From: Oscillospiraceae bacterium
GTDB lineage: Bacteria > Bacillota > Clostridia > Oscillospirales > Ruminococcaceae
Direction: 5' to 3'
DNA length: 64,000 nucleotides
NCBI GenBank assembly: GCA_050950205.1
Contig: JBMNHF010000004.1
Location: 19,045 to 83,044, forward strand
Shown: in pieces, positions 57,950 to 64,000 of the stretch
How positions within the stretch are numbered: the stretch's first letter is position 1
Layout: every line of letters starts with the position of its first letter
Program-made: the position numbers and the translations under genes
The notes under the pieces: generated by a model
Database searches by the model: none
What the model was told of the DNA's origin: nothing
The model's input: only the letters and a program-made list of their open reading frames with translations

Positions 57950-58714
57950 ATGTCTGAGAAAACCAAACTTTACGGATTTAACAATCTGACCAAATCTCTA
58001 AGCTTTAATATCTACGATGTATGCTATGCCAAAACCGCCCGGGAGCAACTGGATTACATTGCTTATATTGACGAGCAGTACAATTCCGAGCGGTTGACCA
58101 ATATTCTTACCAATGTGACGGATATGATTGGAGCCAAGGTGCTCAACATTGCCCGGCAGGATTACGAGCCTCAGGGAGCCAGTGTCACCATTCTCATTGC
58201 CGAAGGGCCTTTGTTTCCCACTCCCCGCTCCGAAACCATTCTGGGCCATCTGGACAAAAGCCATGTCACCGTCCATACCTATCCCGAATACCATCCCGAA
58301 AACAGCATTGCCACCTTTCGGGTGGATATCGACGTGGCTACCTGTGGGGAAATTACTCCCCTTTCCACGCTGGATTATCTGATCGGCAGCTTTGATTCCG
58401 ACATCATCACCATGGATTACCGGGTGCGGGGCTTCACCAGGGATGTGGAGGGGCGCAAACTGTTTAACGACCACAAAATCACCTCCATTCAGAACTACAT
58501 CGACAAGGCCACGCTGCGCAAATACGATGCAGTGGATATCAATGTTTATCAGGCCAATCTCTTTCACACCAAGATGCTGATTAAGGAAATTGACCTGCAA
58601 AACTATCTGTTCAACGCCGATGTTTACGAGCTACCCCCCAAAGTGCGGCTGGAGATTCACGACAACCTGCGCCGGGAGATGATTGAAATTTTTTCGGGGC
58701 GGAATGTGTTCTAA
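57950..58714 (+). CDS. speD: S-adenosylmethionine decarboxylase proenzyme
   Basis: [31 protein letters not shown] self-cleavage site, DIDVATCG. Confidence 0.96.
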   Translation: MSEKTKLYGFNNLTKSLSFNIYDVCYAKTAREQLDYIAYIDEQYNSERLTNILTNVTDMIGAKVLNIARQDYEPQGASVTILIAEGPLFPTPRSETILGHLDKSHVTVHTYPEYHPENSIATFRVDIDVATCGEITPLSTLDYLIGSFDSDIITMDYRVRGFTRDVEGRKLFNDHKITSIQNYIDKATLRKYDAVDINVYQANLFHTKMLIKEIDLQNYLFNADVYELPPKVRLEIHDNLRREMIEIFSGRNVF

Positions 58715-58759
58715 GCCGGTTAAAACAGCAGCTTTGAAAGGCACCCTCATCCCCTTTGG

Positions 58760-58788
58760 TTGACACTGCTCAAATTTAACGATATAAT
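58760..58788 (+). promoter_or_regulatory. Consensus sigmaA promoter of the met operon
   Basis: TTGACA-17 bp-TATAAT. Confidence 0.9.
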
Positions 58789-58834
58789 AATTTAATACCA
58801 TAAAGAAGCAGCTTGCAAAGCGGGGATTCGATTG

Positions 58835-58897
58835 ATGATAAGGCAAGTGAAAAGCGGCAAACGAATGCTCAACTCCCGGACACATTGGTGCGGGTGA
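58835..58897 (+). CDS. Putative 20-aa leader peptide MIRQVKSGKRMLNSRTHWCG
   Basis: GGGG RBS-like element upstream; overlaps the antiterminator 5' strand. Confidence 0.5.
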   Translation: MIRQVKSGKRMLNSRTHWCG

Positions 58898-59010
58898 TTT
58901 TGTCGTGCCTTGGTGGGCTTTTGGAGCCCGCTGCCATAGGTGTTGATATATAATCGCAGAAAATCCGCAGGTGTCCGGGAGTATGTTTTTATGCTCCGGG
59001 CACTTTTTTT
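58872..59010 (+). promoter_or_regulatory. Transcription attenuator (mutually exclusive antiterminator and terminator) upstream of metF
   Basis: ACTCCCGGACAC(58872-83) is perfectly complementary to GTGTCCGGGAGT(58971-82), which can alternatively pair with ATGCTCCGGGCAC(58991-59003) followed by T7. Confidence 0.8.
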
Positions 59011-59045
59011 ATGAAACGGCCCACAATTTGATTGAGGTGACAGAT

Positions 59046-59915
59046 ATGAAGCTGATTCAGGTGATAGAGGCGCCCAAACCCTCTCTCTCTTTCGAGATTT
59101 TTCCGCCCAAAAACAGCACCGCCTATGAGAGTATTCAAAAGGCGGCCGAAGCCATTGCCCAGCTTTCCCCCAGCTATATGAGCGTCACTTATGGAGCCGG
59201 CGGTGGCACCAGTGCCTATACCGTCTCCATCGCCGCAGATATCCAGAACAAATTCAACGTTCCGGTGATGGCCCACTTAAGCTGCATCAGCTCCACCCGG
59301 GAAGGAGTGCGGCACCAGCTGGACACCATGCGCCAAAGCGGCATCCAAAACGTATTGGCCCTGCGGGGGGATCTTGCACCCGGCACCTCTTTGGAGCCTC
59401 ATTGGGACTACCACTATGCCAGTGAGCTGGTGGAGGAAATCCGGGAGTATGGCGGCTTTTGCATTGGGGGCGCCTGCTATCCCGAAGGTCATATCGAATC
59501 TTCCAACCAGGCGGAGGATATCGCCAACCTGAAAAAGAAGGTGGAGGCGGGCTGCGAGTTTCTCACCACCCAAATGTTCTTTGACAACAACATCTACTAC
59601 AACTTCCTCTACAAAGTGCGGGAGGCCGGCATTCAAGTGCCGGTGGTGGCAGGTATTATGCCGGTGACCAATGTCAAGCAGATTGCCCGCATCACCGCCT
59701 TGTCCGGCACGGTGCTGCCCCAGCGGTTCCGCTATATTCTCGACCGCTTTGGCCACAACCCCGAGGCCATGAAGCAGGCGGGCATTGCCTACGCCACCGA
59801 ACAAATTGTAGACCTGTTTGCCAACGGGGTTCCGGCTGTTCATGTGTATTCCATGAACAACGCCTTTGTCGCCCAAAAAATTCAGGATAACCTTTCGGAA
59901 ATTATAAAGGCATGA
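59046..59915 (+). CDS. metF: 5,10-methylenetetrahydrofolate reductase
   Basis: SFEIFPPK, SVTYGAGG, LALRGD, GACYPEGH, TTQMFFDN. Confidence 0.96.
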   Translation: MKLIQVIEAPKPSLSFEIFPPKNSTAYESIQKAAEAIAQLSPSYMSVTYGAGGGTSAYTVSIAADIQNKFNVPVMAHLSCISSTREGVRHQLDTMRQSGIQNVLALRGDLAPGTSLEPHWDYHYASELVEEIREYGGFCIGGACYPEGHIESSNQAEDIANLKKKVEAGCEFLTTQMFFDNNIYYNFLYKVREAGIQVPVVAGIMPVTNVKQIARITALSGTVLPQRFRYILDRFGHNPEAMKQAGIAYATEQIVDLFANGVPAVHVYSMNNAFVAQKIQDNLSEIIKA

Positions 59916-60586
59916 GGAAGGCGGTCGAAGTCCTGGAGCTTTCGGCTCAGGAGGTGGAGATTCCCCTGTCTGCCGTCTACCGCTATCTGGGTATGGGAGT
60001 TAAGCAGCCGGACGAGGCCCTTGCGTCGCTGGCAAGGCAATGTGTGGACGAATTTAGCGAGATCGCCCGCTACCGAGCCTGTCGGCTGATCCTCCCTGTG
60101 GCGGTGGAGGGGGAAGGGGTGGACTTTGGCGCCTTTTCCCTTTTCAGCCGAAGCCTTTCCAAACATCTGGCCGGTTGCCATAAAGCCATTTTGTTTGCCG
60201 CCACCACCGGAGCCGAAGGGGAGCGGCTGCTCAGGCGGACCGCGGTCACCTCCCCCGCCAAAGCGGTGGTGTTGGACGCAGTGGGTACAGCGGCTATCGA
60301 GAGCTTCTGCGACGCCCTCTGCCGCCGGTGGGCAGAGGAGTTTGCGCCCCATTCTCTGCGCCCTCGCTTTAGTCCCGGCTACGGGGATCTGCCTTTGGAG
60401 CTGCAAAAAACCTTGCTGGCCTGTTTGGACAGCAGCCGCAAGGTGGGAATTACCCTGACCCAATCGCTGCTGATGATTCCCCAAAAATCGGTTTCCGCCA
60501 TGGTGGGGATAGGAGCCGGCGGCTGTGAGTCCAAATGGCATGACTGTACACTGTGTGACAAATCGGACTGTCCATTCCGAATGTAG
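59912..60586 (+). CDS. Stand-alone methionine synthase activation-domain-like protein
   Basis: RPRFSPGYGDLPL...GITLTQSLLMIPQKSVSA. Confidence 0.85.
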   Translation: MRKAVEVLELSAQEVEIPLSAVYRYLGMGVKQPDEALASLARQCVDEFSEIARYRACRLILPVAVEGEGVDFGAFSLFSRSLSKHLAGCHKAILFAATTGAEGERLLRRTAVTSPAKAVVLDAVGTAAIESFCDALCRRWAEEFAPHSLRPRFSPGYGDLPLELQKTLLACLDSSRKVGITLTQSLLMIPQKSVSAMVGIGAGGCESKWHDCTLCDKSDCPFRM

Positions 60587-60589
60587 GAG

Positions 60590-63004
60590 ATGCCTATGAA
60601 CGTTTTGGATTGTGTAAAAGAGGGAATTTTTTATCTGGACGGAGGCACCGGCACCCTGTTGCAGGAGCGGGGCCTTGCCCCCGGCGAACTACCGGAGCTG
60701 TGGAATCTCACCCGCCCGGAGGAAATCATCGCCATCGGGAAAGCCTACTATCAAGCGGGGAGTCATGCCGTCTGCACCAACACCTTCGGGGCAAACGCCC
60801 TGAAGTTTGACGGCAAGGAGGGCCGCCCCACCGTAGAAGAGGTGGTGTTTGCTGCGGTGGACTGCCTTAAACAAGCCCGGGAAGCCGCCGAGGGTGGGCA
60901 GACTCACAAATTCATCGCCTTGGATGTGGGGCCTTTGGGCCGGCTTTTCGCCCCCATGGGGGATCTTCCCTTTGAGGAAGGGGTGGAGCTGTTTGCCCAA
61001 GTTATTAGGGCAGGAGTCAAGGCCGGAGTGGACCTCATCCTCATCGAAACCATGAACGACAGCTACGAAACCAAAGCGGCGGTGCTCGCCGCCAAAGAAA
61101 ACTCTAGCCTTCCGGTGTTTGTCAGCAATGTCTACGACGAGGGCGGCCAGCTGATGAGCGGCGCCAGCCCCGAGGCCATGGTGGCCATGCTGGAGGGGTT
61201 GGGGGCAGATGTCATCGGCCTCAACTGCTCCTTGGGGCCCCGGCAGATGCTGGAGCTGCTGCCCCGGTTTACCGCCTGCTCTTCCACACCTTTGCTGGTT
61301 AAACCCAACGCCGGCCTTCCCCGGTCGGAAGGGGGCAGAACGATCTTTGATATCAGCCCAGCGGAGTTTGTGCAAATCATGTCTGAAATGGTGCAGCAGG
61401 GGGCCCGTGTGGTGGGGGGCTGCTGCGGCACCACACCGGAGTATATCCAAGGCTTAGTGACCGCTACCACTGGCCTTGCTCCGGTGGAGGTGACTCCAAA
61501 GCGTCGCAGCGTCATCAGCTCCTACACCCATGCGGTGACCTTTGGGGATGCGCCCATCCTCATCGGCGAGCGGATTAACCCCACCGGCAAAAAGCGGTTT
61601 CAGAAAGCGCTGCGCAGCAGGGACATCGGCTATGTGTTAAAAGAGGGCCTTGCCCAGCAGGAGCAGGGAGTTCAGGTGCTGGATGTCAACGTGGGGCTTC
61701 CGGAACTGGACGAGCCGGCTCTGCTGGCCGACTGTGTCCGGGAGCTGCAGGGGGTTTGCAACCTGCCCCTGCAGCTGGACACCTCCAACCCCGCCGCCAT
61801 GGAGCGGGCCATGCGGATTTACAACGGCAAGCCCATGGTCAACTCGGTGAGCGGCAGCGCCGAAAGCATGGACGCCATCTTCCCGCTGGTGAAAAAATAC
61901 GGCGGCTTGGTGGTCTGCCTGACCCTGGACGAACAGGGCATTCCCGAAACGGCGCAGGGCCGCCTTGCCGTTGCCAAGCGAATTGCTCAGCGGGCGGCGG
62001 AGTACGGCATCGACATCCACGATTTAATCTTCGACCCGCTGGCCCTCACCATCTCCTCCGATTCCAAAGCGGCACAGGTGACGCTGGACACCATCCCCCT
62101 CATTCGCCGGGAACTGGGAGCTCGCTGCTCCCTGGGGGTGTCCAACATTTCCTTTGGGCTGCCTCACCGGGATTTTATCACCGCCACCTTCTTCACCATG
62201 GCTCTGGCCAAGGGGCTGGACGCCGCCATCATCAACCCCTACTCCACCGAGATGATGAAGGCTTATCACAGCTATCTGGCTTTGGCAGGACTGGATCCCA
62301 ACTGCAGCTCTTATATTCACTTTGCCCAGAATCTGACGGTGCAAACTGCCAGTACCGCCGCTTCTACCTCGGTCCTGCGTCCTTTGGTGGGCGAGGGGTT
62401 GCAGGGCGCCATCATTCGGGGATTGCAGCAAGAAGCGGCGCGGCTCGCTCGGGAGGCTCTTGCCACCGCAGAGCCCCTTGCCCTCATCAACGAGGAGATT
62501 GTGCCGGCACTGGATGTGGTAGGCCAAGGGTTTGAAAACAAGACGGTGTTTTTGCCCCAACTGCTCATGAGCGCCGAGGCCGCCAAAGCCGCCTTTGAGG
62601 AGGTTCGCCGGGCCATGCCCACCGCCGAAGGTTCGGGGCCTTTGGTGGTGCTGGCCACCGTTAAGGGGGATATTCACGATATCGGCAAGAACATTGTCAA
62701 GGCGCTGTTGGAAAATTACGGCTACCGGGTCCTCGACCTTGGGCGGGATGTGCCGGCCCAGAGGGTGGTGCAGGCAACGATAGAGCAAAGCGCCCGGCTG
62801 GTGGGACTCAGCGCTTTGATGACCACCACCGTCCCTTCCATGGCGGAAACCATCGCTCTGCTGCGAAGGGAATGCCCCGACTGCAAGGTGGTGGTGGGAG
62901 GCGCCGTTCTAACCCAGGAATACGCCGATCAAATCGGCGCCGACCAGTATGCCAAAAATGCCATGGAAACGGTGCGTTATGCCGGAAAGGTTTTTTCCCG
63001 GTAG
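60590..63004 (+). CDS. metH: Cobalamin-dependent methionine synthase core (homocysteine-, folate- and B12-binding domains)
   Basis: LDGGTGT, GLNCSLG, GGCCGTT, IGERINPTG, VKGDIHDIGKN, GLSALMT. Confidence 0.95.
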   Translation: MPMNVLDCVKEGIFYLDGGTGTLLQERGLAPGELPELWNLTRPEEIIAIGKAYYQAGSHAVCTNTFGANALKFDGKEGRPTVEEVVFAAVDCLKQAREAAEGGQTHKFIALDVGPLGRLFAPMGDLPFEEGVELFAQVIRAGVKAGVDLILIETMNDSYETKAAVLAAKENSSLPVFVSNVYDEGGQLMSGASPEAMVAMLEGLGADVIGLNCSLGPRQMLELLPRFTACSSTPLLVKPNAGLPRSEGGRTIFDISPAEFVQIMSEMVQQGARVVGGCCGTTPEYIQGLVTATTGLAPVEVTPKRRSVISSYTHAVTFGDAPILIGERINPTGKKRFQKALRSRDIGYVLKEGLAQQEQGVQVLDVNVGLPELDEPALLADCVRELQGVCNLPLQLDTSNPAAMERAMRIYNGKPMVNSVSGSAESMDAIFPLVKKYGGLVVCLTLDEQGIPETAQGRLAVAKRIAQRAAEYGIDIHDLIFDPLALTISSDSKAAQVTLDTIPLIRRELGARCSLGVSNISFGLPHRDFITATFFTMALAKGLDAAIINPYSTEMMKAYHSYLALAGLDPNCSSYIHFAQNLTVQTASTAASTSVLRPLVGEGLQGAIIRGLQQEAARLAREALATAEPLALINEEIVPALDVVGQGFENKTVFLPQLLMSAEAAKAAFEEVRRAMPTAEGSGPLVVLATVKGDIHDIGKNIVKALLENYGYRVLDLGRDVPAQRVVQATIEQSARLVGLSALMTTTVPSMAETIALLRRECPDCKVVVGGAVLTQEYADQIGADQYAKNAMETVRYAGKVFSR

Positions 63005-63043
63005 GTGACAAGTATTTTTCCAATCGGTCGGCGGGATAAAAGG

Positions 63044-63084
63044 AGCGGCTCCAAGCCTGACGACGGGGTTTGGAGCCGCTTTTC
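63044..63084 (+). terminator. Terminator after metH
   Basis: AGCGGCTCCAAGCC / GGTTTGGAGCCGCT followed by T run. Confidence 0.8.
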
Positions 63085-63167
63085 CTGACCCGGTGAAATA
63101 ATTTTAACATTGACATTTGAAACTGAATATGTTAGTGTAAAAGTCAAAATTACATACCGACAAGTGA

Positions 63168-63335
63168 AGTTCGTAGGAAAATGACTGCGGTCTGCCGAAG
63201 GAGTAACACTCTCAGGCGCTCGAGGGTTCGGGCAAAGACTATGAATGGATGTGGCTCTGGAGAATCCCGTCAATCGGGTGCCGAAGGTGCAAGACGCGAT
63301 TAGCTCGCGTTAATCTCTCAGGCAAAAGGACAGAG
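63168..63335 (+). ncRNA. Tandem glycine riboswitch
   Basis: Two aptamers each with CCGAAGG...CTCTCAGG; CTCTGGAGA and CAGGCAAAAGGACAGAG in aptamer 2. Confidence 0.95.
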
Positions 63336-63445
63336 TTGGAAAAGGTATTGGGGCCTTTGGGCCCTTGTTCCTTTGTTTCTGGAGCCAAATCATGATTTGC
63401 ATGGTTTGGTTTTTTTATTTGTCGGAAGGAAGGGAATGTTGTTAC

Positions 63446-64000
63446 ATGGAACAATTTACACAACTGGTGGATCAGGTCAGCGGCTTTATCTGGAATAATG
63501 TGCTGCTGTTTTTGCTGGTGGGAACAGGAGTTCTGTTCTCGGTGCGCACCCGCTTTGTGCAGATCCGCCACTTTGGCGACGGACTAAAGCATCTGTTCGG
63601 CAGCTTTCGCTTAAAAGGCGAAGAAGCCGGCAAAGAGGGGATGTCCTCCTTCCAAGCCCTTACCACCGCCATTGCCGCCCAGGTGGGAACCGGTAATATT
63701 GCCGGCTGCGCCACCGCCCTGTATTCCGGGGGCCCCGGCGCTATCTTTTGGATGTGGCTTTCTGCCTTTTTTGGGATGTCCACCAACTACGGGGAAGCTG
63801 TACTGGCCCAAATCTACAAGACAACCGATGCCGACGGCGAGGTGCTGGGCGGCCCGGCCTATTATATCAGAGCCCGCTTTTCGGGGCGGTTTGGAAAATG
63901 GTTGGCAGGCTTTTTTTCACTGGCCATCATCTTTGCCTTGGGCTTTACAGGGAACATGGTGCAGTCCAATTCCATTGGCCAAGCCTTTGAAACCGCCTTT
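63446..64000 (+). CDS. Alanine/glycine:cation symporter (AgcS family), truncated by the window end
   Basis: GMSSFQAL...AQVGTGNIAG...GGPGAIFWMW...EAVLAQIYK...GGPAYY. Confidence 0.95.
   Translation, partial: MEQFTQLVDQVSGFIWNNVLLFLLVGTGVLFSVRTRFVQIRHFGDGLKHLFGSFRLKGEEAGKEGMSSFQALTTAIAAQVGTGNIAGCATALYSGGPGAIFWMWLSAFFGMSTNYGEAVLAQIYKTTDADGEVLGGPAYYIRARFSGRFGKWLAGFFSLAIIFALGFTGNMVQSNSIGQAFETAF

Noticed and set aside
58800-59010. T-box or SAM-I riboswitch upstream of metF
   Set aside because: No GGTGGNACC T-box bulge and no ATC..GAG/GCAACC S-box core.
1-64000. Many long antisense or alternative-frame ORFs in the track (e.g. 734-1696, 38350-39963, 52319-53836, 55014-56063)
   Set aside because: Shadow ORFs of well-supported genes in GC-rich coding DNA, with no recognisable motifs.
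1-64000. CRISPR array, rRNA, integrase or transposase
   Set aside because: No repeat-spacer array, rRNA sequence or recombinase/transposase ORF seen; the 11-bp repeats at 18779 have no spacers.

Overview
Chromosomal window from a moderately GC-rich, spore-forming Clostridia-type bacterium (taxonomy inferred from gene content). (1) 1-19021 is the right end of a probable genomic island. It carries a heme/cobalamin cluster (hemC, cobA-hemD, hemB, hemL, cbiX, cbiA, C, D, F, G, H, JET, P), an XRE/ImmA/truncated-PIN triad, a Phd-RelE/ParE toxin-antitoxin pair and an excisionase-like HTH gene. It ends in tandem arm-type repeats and a 3' half of tRNA-Ser(CGA), an att-like site. (2) 19.1-32.6 kb is a sporulation-flavoured block: YIEGIA pair, small proteins, a TSCCCP-type [FeFe]-hydrogenase, a xanthine-dehydrogenase-like trimer, a tandem ferritin-like protein, two Tlp paralogues and Ku/LigD. 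Recurring sigmaF/G-like promoter motifs precede most units. (3) tRNA-Leu(UAA) at 32654-32961 (-) is split by a 220-nt group I intron. (4) Housekeeping and carbohydrate genes follow: pgm, glgP, GH13, zapA, purB, tRNA-Val, rpmG-secE-nusG-rplKA. (5) An F-type ATPase operon has only a, c, b, delta and alpha, closes with its own terminator, and is divergent from a KdpDE-like two-component operon that includes a small membrane protein. (6) The window ends with an EF-G paralogue, proBA, speD with a long structured leader, metF/split metH with a leader-peptide attenuator, and a tandem glycine riboswitch before an AgcS symporter. Two single-base frameshifts (cbiH, GH13) could be real or assembly errors. 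All protein assignments come from motif recognition by eye, not database searches.
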